A stretch of 32,000 bases of DNA from Aquifex aeolicus VF5 (GCF_000008625.1 NC_000918.1:1410001-1442000); one strand, 5' to 3'. Numbered from the stretch's first letter, positions 19,084-31,695 are shown. The notes: generated by a model not told the origin, from the sequence alone. Program-made: numbers and translations.

Positions 19084-21501
19084 ATGAGTTTGACTAAGAC
19101 GAAAAGGGTCTCCGACGTTGCAAAGGAGCTTGGGGTAAAATCTAAGGAAATTATAGAATTCCTCAACGAGTATTATCCCAGACCGGACGGAAAGCCCTGG
19201 AAGGCTTCCCACGGTTTAGACGAACAGGCACTTGAGATGATATACGACGCGTTCGGTATAAAGGAAGAAGAAGAAAAAGAAGAAGTGGTAACGGAGCAAG
19301 CCCAAGCTCCCGCAGAAGTAGAGGAAAAGAAGGAAGAGGAGAAAAAGGAAGAAGTTATCGTAGAAGAGGTTGTGGAAGAAAAGAAACCTGAGGTAATCGT
19401 CGAAGAAATAGAGGAAAAGAAAGAAGAAGAAGAGAAAAAAGAGGAGGAAAAACCTAAAAAGAGTGTTGAGGAACTGATAAAGGAAATTCTCGAGAAAAAG
19501 GAAAAAGAAAAGGAAAAGAAAAAGGTAGAAAAAGAAAGAAAAGAAGAAAAGGTAAGGGTAGTAGAGGTGAAGAAAGAGGAGAGGAAAGAAGAAAAGAAGG
19601 AAGAGAAGAAGGAAGAAGAAAAGCCTAAGATAAAGATGTCTAAAAAGGAAAGAGAGATTATGAGAAAACTCGAACACGCTGTAGAAAAGGAGAAGAAGAA
19701 ACAGGAAAAGAGGGAAAAGGAAAAGAAGAAGAAGGAAGAGGAAGTAAAGATAATTTACATACCCGAAGTAATTACTGTGAGAGAACTCGCAGAACTTTTA
19801 GACGTACCTGCGAACAAAGTTATAGCTGAATTAATGAAGAGAGGAGTTCTCGCAACCATAAACCAGCCCGTTCCACCTGAGGTAGCGGTAGAGGTTGCCG
19901 AAAGTTTCGGATACCTTGCAGAAGTAAAGAAGGAAGAAGAAGAACTTGAAGAGGAAGCACTCTTAAAAGAAGAGGAAGAAAGGGAAGAAGAGCTCCAACC
20001 CAGACCTCCAATAGTCGTTGTTATGGGACACGTTGACCACGGAAAGACCACTCTCCTTGACAGAATAAGGAAGACAAACGTCGCGGAAAGGGAAAAGGGC
20101 GGTATAACCCAGCACATAGGTGCTTCACAGGTTGAACTGCCCGACGGCAGGAAGATAACGTTCCTTGATACCCCGGGACACGAAGCATTCACTACGTTAA
20201 GAGCGAGAGGTGCTAAGGTAACGGACATATCGGTTCTCGTGGTTGCGGCGGACGACGGGGTAATGCCCCAAACCATTGAAGCAATAAACCACGCAAAGGC
20301 CTTCAACGTTCCCATAATAGTTGCGGTAAACAAGATAGACAAACCTAACGCGGATCCCATGAAAGTAAGGAGGGAACTCTCGGAGCACGGTCTAATTCCC
20401 GAAGAGTGGGGGGGAGACACCATATTCGTTGACATATCCGCAAAAACGGGACAAAACGTGGATCAGCTCCTTGAGATGATACTACTCCTTGCGGACATAC
20501 TGGAACTAAAGGCAAATCCCAACAAAAAGGCAAGGGGCACAATAATAGAGTCTAAACTGGACAGAAAGAGGGGACCCGTTGCTACCGTTATAGTAGAGGA
20601 CGGAACCCTTAGAGTGGGTGACCACTTCGTTGCAGGTACAACCTACGGAAGAGTACGGGCTATGTTTGACGATAAGGGGAGACAGGTAAAGGAAGCCCCT
20701 CCCTCCACACCCGTAGAGGTACTCGGATTTGAAGAACTTCCTGAAGCGGGTGATGAACTCATAGTGGTGGATGATGAAAGAACTGCCAGGGAAATAGCGG
20801 AAAAGAGAAAGGAAAAGAAAGAGAGGGAAGAAAAGCTACAAACTATCAGGCTTGAAGACATCTACAAAAAGATACAGACAGGTGAAACGAAGGAACTCAG
20901 GATAGTCCTCAAGACAGACACCATGGGGTCCCTCGAAGCACTCAAAAAATCACTTGAAGAACTCTCAAACGAAAAGGTACAGGTAAAGATCATACACGGT
21001 GCGGTGGGCGGTATAACAGAAAACGACATAATGCTCGCCAAAGCGTCTGGTGCCATAGTCATAGGCTTTAACACTAGACCCGATCCCAAGGCAAGGGAAC
21101 TCATGGAAAAAGAGAAGGTAGACGTCAGACTTTACGGAGTCATATACGAGGCTATAGAGGACGTCAAGAAGGCACTCGTTGGTCTGCTTGAACCTATCAA
21201 GAAAGAAGAAGTTATCGGAATGGCTGAGGTTCGTGCTACCTTCAAGATCAAGAAGGTGGGAACCGTTGCGGGTTGCTACGTGCTCAACGGAAAACTCGTC
21301 AGAGGTGCTAAAGCAAGACTGATAAGGGAAGGAGTAGTTATATACGACGGGGAAATAGAAAGCTTAAAGAGGTTCAAGGAAGACGTGCAGGAAGTCACAG
21401 CAGGTTACGAGTGCGGTGTTAAATTAAAGGACTACAACGACGTAAAAGTGGGTGACCAGATAGAATGCTACGAAATAAGGTACGAAAAACCGACACTCTG
21501 A
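19084..21501 (+). CDS. infB: Translation initiation factor IF-2
   Basis: [22 protein letters not shown]-type G domain ([16 protein letters not shown]), [18 protein letters not shown], and a Lys/Glu-rich N-terminal linker. ATG at 19084 or, judged by SD spacing, TTG at 19090. Confidence 0.98.
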   Translation: MSLTKTKRVSDVAKELGVKSKEIIEFLNEYYPRPDGKPWKASHGLDEQALEMIYDAFGIKEEEEKEEVVTEQAQAPAEVEEKKEEEKKEEVIVEEVVEEKKPEVIVEEIEEKKEEEEKKEEEKPKKSVEELIKEILEKKEKEKEKKKVEKERKEEKVRVVEVKKEERKEEKKEEKKEEEKPKIKMSKKEREIMRKLEHAVEKEKKKQEKREKEKKKKEEEVKIIYIPEVITVRELAELLDVPANKVIAELMKRGVLATINQPVPPEVAVEVAESFGYLAEVKKEEEELEEEALLKEEEEREEELQPRPPIVVVMGHVDHGKTTLLDRIRKTNVAEREKGGITQHIGASQVELPDGRKITFLDTPGHEAFTTLRARGAKVTDISVLVVAADDGVMPQTIEAINHAKAFNVPIIVAVNKIDKPNADPMKVRRELSEHGLIPEEWGGDTIFVDISAKTGQNVDQLLEMILLLADILELKANPNKKARGTIIESKLDRKRGPVATVIVEDGTLRVGDHFVAGTTYGRVRAMFDDKGRQVKEAPPSTPVEVLGFEELPEAGDELIVVDDERTAREIAEKRKEKKEREEKLQTIRLEDIYKKIQTGETKELRIVLKTDTMGSLEALKKSLEELSNEKVQVKIIHGAVGGITENDIMLAKASGAIVIGFNTRPDPKARELMEKEKVDVRLYGVIYEAIEDVKKALVGLLEPIKKEEVIGMAEVRATFKIKKVGTVAGCYVLNGKLVRGAKARLIREGVVIYDGEIESLKRFKEDVQEVTAGYECGVKLKDYNDVKVGDQIECYEIRYEKPTL

Positions 21502-22120
21502 TAGCCCTCAACGAAGTATACGAAAGCATTCAGGGGGAAGGTCTACTTGTGGGCCTTCCCTCCGTCTTTATAAGACTTCAGGGGTGTAATTTACGCTGTC
21601 CTTGGTGCGACCAGCCAGAAGCTTTGAGCTTTTCAGGTAGGAAAGTAAAACTGAGTTCTTTGATAAATGAATTAAAGAAGTTCACAGCCAAACACATAGT
21701 TATAACTGGTGGTGAGCCTTTCGCTCATAGAGAACTCCCTTTCATAGTGGAATTCCTCCTTTCGGAAGGTTACTCAGTTCAAATAGAGACCAACGGAACA
21801 CTCTGGGTGGAGGAGATGGAAAAGTTTGCAGAGGGTATTCACATAACCTGCTCTCCTAAAGGGGTTGCAAAGTACTACGTGCATCCCAAGATCTTAAAGT
21901 ACGCAAAGGAATTGAAGTTCGTTGTTGACAAAGAGTTTTCCAAAGAAGTCCTTAAAAAAGAAGAGTTTGAAAGATTTTTAAGGGAAGGAAAAGTGGTTCT
22001 TCAGCCCGAGAGCAACAGAAAGGAGATGATGGAGAAGGCTCTAAAAATTCAAAAAGAGCTTTTAAAGGAATGCTACACAGTGAGGGTAATCCCTCAGGTT
22101 CACAAGTGTTTTGACCTGAA

Positions 22121-22124
<4 letters not shown>
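21465..22124 (+). CDS. queE: 7-carboxy-7-deazaguanine synthase-like radical SAM enzyme
   Basis: [47 protein letters not shown], and [10 protein letters not shown]. The 5' end is uncertain; homology starts near 21498. Confidence 0.88.
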
Positions 22125-24204
<2,080 letters not shown>

Positions 24205-24217
24205 CTATAAACCTCCT

Positions 24218-25093
24218 TTATTGTGCTTTAAGAGCTTCAACAGCGTTGGTTATATCTATAAGTTCGGTTGTAATAGCTTCCTGCCTTGCCTTGTTGAACA
24301 CGAGGGTCCACTGCCTTATTAGGTCCTCTGCGTTCTTGGTTGCGTTGTCCATCGCTATCATCCTCGCGAAGTGCTCCGCCGCGTTGGACTCAACCATAGC
24401 CCTGTATACCTGGTAGTTAAGGTACAGGTTTACTATGTAGTCAAAGAACTCCTCTTCTGAGACTTCAAACTCGTAAGTTCCAAGCTCTTCCACTTCTTTT
24501 TCTTGGGCTTCAAAAGGCAGGAAGACCCTTACCTGAGGTTTGTAGCTCGCCCTCGTGACCATCTCGTTGTTTATCAAGTAAACCCTATCGGTTTCTCCGT
24601 TTAAGAACCTCTCCTTTACTATTTCTGCCACCTCTTTAGCCACATTGAAGTTTACGGTCTTTCTAAAAACTTCATCGTATCCCTTTATTACGTTGTATCC
24701 CCTCTTCGTAAAGTACTGAAAGCCCTTTCTCCCCACAAGTATAAGGCTAACCTTAACACCCTTTTCTTCCTTCTCCCTTATTAAATTTTCCGCTGTTCTG
24801 ATTACGTTTGAATTGAAAGCTCCCGCGAGACCCCTGTCTGCGGTAACGAGGATAACGTCAACGTTTCTTTCTTCCCTCACGTCAAAGAGGGGATTATCTT
24901 CCGTGTCCACATGGGCAGCGAGATGTCCTACGAGTTCGTAGAGTTTCTCCGAGTAGGGACGGGAAGCGTAAACGAGTTCCTGAGCTTTCCTGAGTTTTGC
25001 GGCGGAAACGACTTTCATCGCGTTCGTTATTCTCTTCGTGTTCTTTATTCCCTGTATCTTTCTCTTTATGTCCCTGGGAGAAAGTTTCGCCAT
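24218..25093 (-). CDS. atpG: F1 ATP synthase subunit gamma
   Basis: 291 aa; RDIKRKIQGIKNTKRITNAMKVVSAAKLRKAQ, VTADRGLAGAFNSNVI, and C-terminal FNKARQEAITTELIDITNAVEAL. Confidence 0.98.
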   Translation of the reverse strand: MAKLSPRDIKRKIQGIKNTKRITNAMKVVSAAKLRKAQELVYASRPYSEKLYELVGHLAAHVDTEDNPLFDVREERNVDVILVTADRGLAGAFNSNVIRTAENLIREKEEKGVKVSLILVGRKGFQYFTKRGYNVIKGYDEVFRKTVNFNVAKEVAEIVKERFLNGETDRVYLINNEMVTRASYKPQVRVFLPFEAQEKEVEELGTYEFEVSEEEFFDYIVNLYLNYQVYRAMVESNAAEHFARMIAMDNATKNAEDLIRQWTLVFNKARQEAITTELIDITNAVEALKAQ

Positions 25094-25163
25094 AACGCTA
25101 CTTATTATAAACTAATGTCTAAAGGAAGTAGTATAATTTAAACCTTCGCAAAGGAGGTAAAGG

Positions 25164-25613
25164 ATGAAGGTAGTTCTCGTAAAGGACGTAGAAGGACTGG
25201 GATTTTTCGGAGACGTGGTTAACGTAAAAGACGGGTACGCCATGAATTACCTCATTCCCAGAGGTTTAGCCCTCCCGGCAACTGAAGGAAACATAAAGCA
25301 CATACAAACAATCCTCGCTCAAAAGGAAAGGAAACTGCTGAGAGAAAAGAAGAAGGCTGAAGAACTCGCTAAGAAGCTCGAAGGTATGGTGATAGGAATT
25401 AAGAAACCCGCCGGAGAAGGCGGAAAGCTTTTCGGTTCAGTTACACCCGCGGATATAGTAAACGCACTAAAAGAAAAGGGAATAGAGATAGAGAGGAAGA
25501 ACGTGGTCTTCTACCACCCCATTAAAGAAGTGGGAGTTTTTCCAGTAAAGATAAGGCTTCACAAGGACGTTGAGGTGGACATTAAGGTTGACGTAAAACC
25601 TGAGGAGAAGTAA
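25164..25613 (+). CDS. rplI: 50S ribosomal protein L9
   Basis: 149 aa; MKVVLVKDVEGLGFFGDVVNVKDGYAMNYLIPRGLALPAT. AAAGGAGGT SD and TATAAT at 25132-25137. Confidence 0.99.
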   Translation: MKVVLVKDVEGLGFFGDVVNVKDGYAMNYLIPRGLALPATEGNIKHIQTILAQKERKLLREKKKAEELAKKLEGMVIGIKKPAGEGGKLFGSVTPADIVNALKEKGIEIERKNVVFYHPIKEVGVFPVKIRLHKDVEVDIKVDVKPEEK

Positions 25614-25622
25614 ATTCCTGTT

Positions 25623-26561
25623 ATGCGAGAAGTAAGTTTAAATGAAAAAGAGTTTCACTTAAATAAGGACTTATTTTTCCTGCTCGGTGGAGTCCTCCTC
25701 TCCGTTTTAGCTGGATTCTTTCTCCCCTTTGAAAACCTCTTCTGGTACAAATCCGCCTTTCTGGGATACATACTCTCTTCTGTGGTTTACGTAGCCTACC
25801 TTCTGGTACGTGAAAGGATAGTTGGCGTAGTAGCAACGCTGACGCTTTACCTTTCCCTGCTCCTCAACTTAACGGGAATGATAAGGAGGGCTTACGAGAG
25901 TTATAAGCTCGGCGTTTTCCACCCGCCTTGGAGTAATTTGTTTGAAGCACTAACCTTCTGGAGTTTTATAGCCGGATTTGTTTACCTTGTTATTGAAAGG
26001 AAGTACGGATTTAAGATACTCGGAGCTTTTGTAATTCCCGTAATTGCAGCAATTTCTGGTTTCGCCATATACAAGGCAAATCCTGAAATAACACCCTTGA
26101 TGCCCGCCCTTAGGAGTTACTGGCTTTACCTTCACGTGGTAACAGCCTTTACGGGATACGCGGGTTTTACAGTTGCATTCGGTGGAGCGGTGGCTTACTT
26201 GCTCAAAGAGCACTTCCCGGAGAATAAATTCGTAAAAAACCTCCTTCCGAGAAGGGAAATCCTCGACGAGATAACTTACAAATCGATCGCCATCGTTTTT
26301 CCGATATGGACCGCCTCAATAATCCTGGGTGCTGCGTGGGCAAATGAGGCGTGGGGCGGTTACTGGAGCTGGGACCCTAAGGAAGTATGGTCCTTAATAG
26401 TCTGGCTATTCTTCGGAGCGTATCTGCATGCAAGACAGCTTATGGGCTGGAAAGGGAAGAGAGTTGCTTGGCTTGTGGTTTTCGGGTTTATTACAGTTCT
26501 TATATGCTTCTTCGCGGTAAACCTCTACTTCCCGGGACTTCACTCTTACGCTACCGAGTGA
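25623..26561 (+). CDS. CcsA/ResC-type cytochrome c biogenesis protein
   Basis: 312 aa multi-TM protein; PPWSNLFEALTFWSF and WANEAWGGYWSWDPKEVWSLIVWLFFGAYLHAR (tryptophan-rich WWD-type motif). Confidence 0.95.
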   Translation: MREVSLNEKEFHLNKDLFFLLGGVLLSVLAGFFLPFENLFWYKSAFLGYILSSVVYVAYLLVRERIVGVVATLTLYLSLLLNLTGMIRRAYESYKLGVFHPPWSNLFEALTFWSFIAGFVYLVIERKYGFKILGAFVIPVIAAISGFAIYKANPEITPLMPALRSYWLYLHVVTAFTGYAGFTVAFGGAVAYLLKEHFPENKFVKNLLPRREILDEITYKSIAIVFPIWTASIILGAAWANEAWGGYWSWDPKEVWSLIVWLFFGAYLHARQLMGWKGKRVAWLVVFGFITVLICFFAVNLYFPGLHSYATE

Positions 26562-27729
26562 AGTTCTCCACTCTTTCTTTCGCTATTTTTACCGCCTCCC
26601 TCATTTTATCTTCCGTTGTGTTTATGGTTTTCGCCACGTTCCTGAGTATCCTTTCGTTGTCGTGGTGATTTTCTAAAAGTTCCACTAAGGAAAGAAGGAG
26701 TCCGAACTCGTTGTACCTCTTCTCAAGTGCTTCTACAACCTCAGAACTCATCCCGAGTTCCCTTGCCAGTGAGGCAGGCTCTTCGTTCATAAGCTCGTTA
26801 ACTAAGGAAAACAGTCCTATCATGTACCCTTCCTTTGCGTATTCGGGAATGTAAATTTTTGCGAGTTCCTGAGCAAGAACTGCCCTGAAGAAAGAACGCT
26901 TTATTATCTCCTCTTCGTATTTACCCGCAAAGAGTTCCGACATCGCTATAACGAGGAGTAGGTTGGCTATGTTGTTTATGCTCAAGAAAAGCACCGCATC
27001 GCTGACGCTTTGTATGTCCTTGCTCTTTCCCGGGTATAGGTTTTTAACCCACTTCAGGATTTTATAGGTAAGCCCCACGTCCGACTCTATTAAGTTAACT
27101 ATCTGGTTTACGTCCTTTTTCTCTATGGCATCGTATAGTTTAATTATCGTGGTCTTTAAGAACCTTAGGTTTCTTCCGTTCTTTACGACACTCGGGGGAA
27201 AGAGATTTCCTTGAAAGAGGTCTCCGAGCTTTTTAGCCTCTTCAAAGTCTTCCTCCGTGTTTACTCCGTAGATTATTACCTTTTTGTTTATGTACTTAAG
27301 GGCGTCGACTTCGTCTTCAAAGTCTTTTCCTTCAAAAGAACGCCTCTTCCAGTTGACGCTCACGTAGTCTGAAAGGGGTAAGAGGGGAAGTACGGATACT
27401 TTGTCAAATCTGAAATCGGAGATCAGGAGTTCGTATCCTTTTGCCTTCAGATCTTTCAAGGCGTTAACGAGTTTTTCGTTTACTTCCTTTACATCCCTCA
27501 GCTTTATAACTACCTTTGAAGGGGGAAAGAGTTCGTAGGCGTCACTTTCTATGAACTCTTCGGAAAACTCAATCACGCACTTTTTGCCGTCTATTTCCTG
27601 AATTACATTCTCTTCTATTAAAATGTTCATAACTTTAGCGGGATTGTCTGCATTCTCTCTCAGTTTGAATTCGAACCCGAACAGCTCCTTTCTCCCGTCC
27701 AATATTGGGTGTCTGTAAAGGAGATCCAT
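26551..27729 (-). CDS. EAL-like/HDOD signalling protein (YuxH-type)
   Basis: 392 aa; N-terminal LLYRHPILDGRKELFGFEFKLR resembles EAL-family starts but is degenerate. The C-terminus has HDOD/modified HD features (SDVGLTYKILKWVN...IQSVSDAVLFLSINNI). Confidence 0.85.
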   Translation of the reverse strand: MDLLYRHPILDGRKELFGFEFKLRENADNPAKVMNILIEENVIQEIDGKKCVIEFSEEFIESDAYELFPPSKVVIKLRDVKEVNEKLVNALKDLKAKGYELLISDFRFDKVSVLPLLPLSDYVSVNWKRRSFEGKDFEDEVDALKYINKKVIIYGVNTEEDFEEAKKLGDLFQGNLFPPSVVKNGRNLRFLKTTIIKLYDAIEKKDVNQIVNLIESDVGLTYKILKWVKNLYPGKSKDIQSVSDAVLFLSINNIANLLLVIAMSELFAGKYEEEIIKRSFFRAVLAQELAKIYIPEYAKEGYMIGLFSLVNELMNEEPASLARELGMSSEVVEALEKRYNEFGLLLSLVELLENHHDNERILRNVAKTINTTEDKMREAVKIAKERVENFTR

Positions 27730-27733
27730 TCAT

Positions 27734-28966
27734 TTAAAATATAAATTCCTGTTTTATTTTCTGTGAATATTTTTTAACCTCACCGATCAGGTAAATGGAG
27801 CCGATAATTAGCATGTCTTCTTCTAAGTTTAGTAATTCTTCTATCGTAAACACTTTCGTTTTAAATCCCATTTCTTTTGCGAATTTTTCTAAATTCTTTA
27901 CATCTTCTGCCCTGTAGTAATCTATCGGAAGGAGGTAAATTTCCTCCGTTAGATTTCTCAAGAGTGTCAAAGTCAATTCCCATTCTTTTCCTTTAAGGGA
28001 AGAGTAGGCCACCTTTACTTCGGGAAAGTGTTTTTTCACGGTCTTTACCACCTTTACAACGGAGTAAGGGTTGTGGGATGCATCCACCATTAAAAGTGGT
28101 TTTTCCCTCAGCACTTCCATCCTGCCTTCCCAAACCGTATTTTTCAGGGCTTGATTGACCTTTTCGGGGCTGAGCTTAGTAAACTCCGAAGAGAGTGTGA
28201 TGGCAAGTGAAGCGTTGTCTATTTGCCACTTTCCCCAAAGGGAAAGCTGAGCACCTTCAAGACTGAAGTTTTCACTCTCGTACTTTTCAAGAACAGTTCT
28301 TTCTCTTTCAACTTTTCCCCAATACTCGTAATCAATTCCGGCAACTTTAAGATTCTTTAAGCCGAGTTCAAGAGCCCTTGTGTATAAGGGATATCTAGCA
28401 CTTCCCAGAATTAAGGGTTTCCCTTCCTCGTAAAGTCCGAGCTTTTCCTCCGCTATTTTTTCCACCGTGTCTCCGAGCCACCTTGTGTGGTCTCTCTCCA
28501 CGTTCGTTATTCCTCTCACCCCGGCTTCGGAGACTTTTGTAGCGTCCCACCTTCCTCCCATTCCCACTTCAAAAACAGCAACGTTAATTCCTTGGTCCTC
28601 AAAGTACTTTACCGCTATCAGGGTCGCAGCCTCAAAGTATGTGAGGGAAAACTTTTCAAAAACTTTTTTCAGGTCCTTGACGTAATCTTTTAAGACTTCT
28701 TCCTGTATTGGCTTTCCGTTTATCCTCCATCTCTCGTTTTCGGATATCAGGTGAGGGGAGACGAACCAGCCCGTTTTAAAGCCGTGTTCTCTTAAAATTC
28801 TCTCGGTAAAGGCACAGGTAGAGCCCTTTCCGTTTGTTCCCCCTACCAGAATTGAAGGGTAATTTTTCTGGGGATTTCCTATATACTCGCAAGCCTTTTT
28901 TATCCTCTCAAGCGTTGGTTTTACGTCAAAGTCCTTTTCTTTGTATAGTTCCCACAAAATTCCCAT
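27734..28966 (-). CDS. folC: Folylpolyglutamate synthase / dihydrofolate synthase
   Basis: 410 aa; SILVGGTNGKGSTCAFTERIL, FEVGMGGRWDATK, GLWGKWQIDNASLAI-type, and VDASHNPYS. Confidence 0.96.
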   Translation of the reverse strand: MGILWELYKEKDFDVKPTLERIKKACEYIGNPQKNYPSILVGGTNGKGSTCAFTERILREHGFKTGWFVSPHLISENERWRINGKPIQEEVLKDYVKDLKKVFEKFSLTYFEAATLIAVKYFEDQGINVAVFEVGMGGRWDATKVSEAGVRGITNVERDHTRWLGDTVEKIAEEKLGLYEEGKPLILGSARYPLYTRALELGLKNLKVAGIDYEYWGKVERERTVLEKYESENFSLEGAQLSLWGKWQIDNASLAITLSSEFTKLSPEKVNQALKNTVWEGRMEVLREKPLLMVDASHNPYSVVKVVKTVKKHFPEVKVAYSSLKGKEWELTLTLLRNLTEEIYLLPIDYYRAEDVKNLEKFAKEMGFKTKVFTIEELLNLEEDMLIIGSIYLIGEVKKYSQKIKQEFIF

Positions 28967-28995
28967 GGCGAATAGAGTTTATAATTTAAAGCATA

Positions 28996-31113
28996 ATGGA
29001 CAAAGAAAAACTAGAAAAAGAAGTAATAAAACTCCTGTCAAAGAAGAAAAAACCCCTTCACTTCCTACAGATAGCTAAAGCCCTTGGGCTCGGGAAGAAG
29101 GAGAGGAAGACCTTAAAAAAGGTAATGAGAAAGCTCAAGAAGGAGGGTAAAGTAAAGGTTGTAAAGGGTAAGTACGAGTACACGGGGGAAGAGGTGGTCA
29201 CAGGAACCGTTATAGCCTACCCTGGAGGATTCGGATTTCTGGAAGTGGAGGGAGGAAAGGATATATACATACCTCCCTTTGAAATGGTAAAAGTTTTTCA
29301 CGGAGATGTCGTAAAAGCAAAAGTAACCGAGTTTAAAGGAAAAAAGGAAGTAAGGATAATAAAGGTCCTAAAGAGGGCTAAGAAAGACATAGTGGCGAAG
29401 GTTGTTTTTGAAGACGAGCAGTGCTACGTTGTACCCTTAGACGAAAACGCCCACCACCGTATCCTACTCTCAAAAAAGGACTGCCAAAAATTAAAGGAAG
29501 GTGAAGTAGTTGTCCTTAAGATAACCCAGTTTCCCACGAAGAAATCGCCCGCGAGGGGGAAAGTTATAGAAGTTCTCGGAAATCCGAAGGAGAAGTTCAT
29601 AGCGATAGACGTAATCATAAGGAAGTACAACCTACCCACATCCTACCCTGAGAAAGTTATTAAGGAAGTTGAGGCAATTCCGGAAGAGATTCCCGAGGAA
29701 GAAATAAAGAGGAGAAGAGATTTAAGGGAGCAGTTGTGCTTTACTATAGACCCCGAGAAGGCAGGGGATTTTGACGACGCTGTGGCGATAGAGCTCACAC
29801 CCGAAGGCTACTATAAACTTTACGTCCACATAGCGGATGTGAGTTATTACGTAAGGGAAGGAACGGAAACGGATAAGGAAGCCTACAAAAGAGGTTTTAC
29901 GTACTATTTTCCCGACAGGGCTCTCCACATGCTTCCTGAAAAACTCTCCGCAAAACTCTGCAGTCTCAGACCCAACGAAGACAAGCTCGCCTTTACCGTT
30001 GAGATGGTATTTGACGAGAGCGGAAACCTGAAGGCTTACGACATTTACGAGAGCGTTATAAGGAGCAAGGCACGCCTCACTTACAACGAAGCCCTTGCCC
30101 TTATAGTGGGAGATCCAGCCCTTGAGAAGAAGTTCCCCAACCTCGTAGAGCCTCTAAGGATGATGGAGACCCTTTACAGGATTTTGAGCAGGAAAAGGTG
30201 GGAGATGGGGAGTATAGACTTTGACCTCCCCGAGGCGGAGGTTATCGTTGATGAATACGGTGAGCCCACCGCTATATACCCCTACGAGAGGCACGTAGCC
30301 CACAGGATAATTGAACACTTTATGATATCTGCAAACGAGACGGTAGCCCTGCACCTTGAACACGCAGGATACCCTTGCCTTTACCGTGTTCACGAACCGC
30401 CAGACGAAGAAAAGGTAGAAAACCTCTTGGAAATCCTCGAAGGACTCGGATATAAAGTGAAGCGTCCACACGAGTACACTCCCAAGTTCTTCCAGAAGAT
30501 AATAGAGGACTTTGAAGGAAGACCAGAAGAAAACCTTGTCAGGTTTCTCACCTTAAGAGCTATGGCGAGGGCAAAGTACAGCCCTCACAACGTGGGACAC
30601 TTCGGACTTGCCCTTGAACACTACGCCCACTTTACCTCTCCCATCAGGCGTTATCCAGACATAATAGTCCACAGACTCCTCAAGAAAGCCCTGAGAGGTG
30701 AGGAGATAGACTACGAGAAGACCTTGGCCTACCTCGAAGAGGCGGGAAACCACCTTTCCAAGCAGGAGAGGATAGCGGACGAGGCGGAAATGGAAGCGAT
30801 AGATTACCTCAAGGCGAGGTACATGAAGGGAAGGATAGGTGAAGAGTTCATCGGAATTATCACGGGAGTTGTTGCCTTCGGATTTTTCGTTGAACTTGAG
30901 GAGAATCTTGTTGAGGGACTCGTGAAGATAAACACGCTCACGGACGATGAGTACGTATTTGACGAACCCGCTCACAGATTAGTTGGTGTGAGGACGGGAA
31001 AAGTTTTCAGACTCGGCGACCACGTGAAAGTAAGGTGCATAGCGGTGGACGAGGAAAGGGCAAGGGTGGAGTTTGAACTGATAGAAAAGCTTGAAAAACA
31101 CGAAACCTTATGA
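28996..31113 (+). CDS. rnr: Ribonuclease R (VacB/RNase II family)
   Basis: 705 aa; LCFTIDPEKAGDFDDAVAIELTPEGYYKLYVHIADVSYYV, FTSPIRRYPDIIVHR, and a C-terminal S1 domain. Confidence 0.98.
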   Translation: MDKEKLEKEVIKLLSKKKKPLHFLQIAKALGLGKKERKTLKKVMRKLKKEGKVKVVKGKYEYTGEEVVTGTVIAYPGGFGFLEVEGGKDIYIPPFEMVKVFHGDVVKAKVTEFKGKKEVRIIKVLKRAKKDIVAKVVFEDEQCYVVPLDENAHHRILLSKKDCQKLKEGEVVVLKITQFPTKKSPARGKVIEVLGNPKEKFIAIDVIIRKYNLPTSYPEKVIKEVEAIPEEIPEEEIKRRRDLREQLCFTIDPEKAGDFDDAVAIELTPEGYYKLYVHIADVSYYVREGTETDKEAYKRGFTYYFPDRALHMLPEKLSAKLCSLRPNEDKLAFTVEMVFDESGNLKAYDIYESVIRSKARLTYNEALALIVGDPALEKKFPNLVEPLRMMETLYRILSRKRWEMGSIDFDLPEAEVIVDEYGEPTAIYPYERHVAHRIIEHFMISANETVALHLEHAGYPCLYRVHEPPDEEKVENLLEILEGLGYKVKRPHEYTPKFFQKIIEDFEGRPEENLVRFLTLRAMARAKYSPHNVGHFGLALEHYAHFTSPIRRYPDIIVHRLLKKALRGEEIDYEKTLAYLEEAGNHLSKQERIADEAEMEAIDYLKARYMKGRIGEEFIGIITGVVAFGFFVELEENLVEGLVKINTLTDDEYVFDEPAHRLVGVRTGKVFRLGDHVKVRCIAVDEERARVEFELIEKLEKHETL

Positions 31114-31128
31114 AAATTTTATAAATAA

Positions 31129-31695
31129 ATGTCTAAGGATAAGGAGAGGAGAAGGAAAATACTCCAGCTTTTGAAGGAAAGGGAAAGGACTCCTAAGGAA
31201 CTTGCCACCGTATTCAACGTATCCCTGATGACGATTTACAGGGATATAAAGGAGCTTGAAAAGGAAGGTCTCGTTGAGAGAAAACACGGAACCGTTTATC
31301 TGAAAAGGGAAACGGAGGACGGCAAGTGTGTTATATGTTCAAAGGAAGTGGACGAGAGGTTCAAGGTCGTCTTCTTTTTAAAAGAGGATAAAAAAGTCTT
31401 TGCATGCTGTCCTCACTGTGGATTGATGGCTTTTAAAAAGCTCGGCCCAAATATACAGTCCGCTCTGATGAGGGACTTTATAAGCTGTAATCCCGTTAAC
31501 GCCTTTACGAGCTGGTACGTGGTTGGAGCGGACATAAACCCTTGTTGCAGTCCTTCCGCCTTTTCCTTCAGTGCAAAGTACAACGCAGAACGTTTCGCCC
31601 AAGGGTTCGGAGGAAAGGTTTTGAACTTTGAAGACGCTGTTGAGGAAATAAACAGACTCATGAGCTTTGGAACGAGAGTAAAATTTAACTTATAA
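31129..31695 (+). CDS. DeoR-type HTH protein with a C-terminal cysteine-rich NosL-like domain
   Basis: 188 aa; RRRKILQLLKERERTPKELATVFNVSLMTIYRDIKELEKEGLV, then CVICSKEV...CCPHCGLMAF...NAFTSWYVVGADINPCCSPSAFSFSAKYNAERFAQGFGGKVLNFEDAVEEI. Confidence 0.7.
   Translation: MSKDKERRRKILQLLKERERTPKELATVFNVSLMTIYRDIKELEKEGLVERKHGTVYLKRETEDGKCVICSKEVDERFKVVFFLKEDKKVFACCPHCGLMAFKKLGPNIQSALMRDFISCNPVNAFTSWYVVGADINPCCSPSAFSFSAKYNAERFAQGFGGKVLNFEDAVEEINRLMSFGTRVKFNL

Noticed and set aside
19260-19790. Tandem repeat or mobile insertion suggested by GAA/AAG-rich sequence
   Set aside because: This is the known type of low-complexity charged linker in the IF-2 N-terminal region, without exact long repeats.
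19216-20435. Long antisense ORFs opposite infB (153 and 226 aa, Phe/Leu- and Ser-rich)
   Set aside because: They mirror the Lys/Glu-rich and G-domain coding of IF-2. Composition is an antisense artefact, and no SD or homology was recognised.
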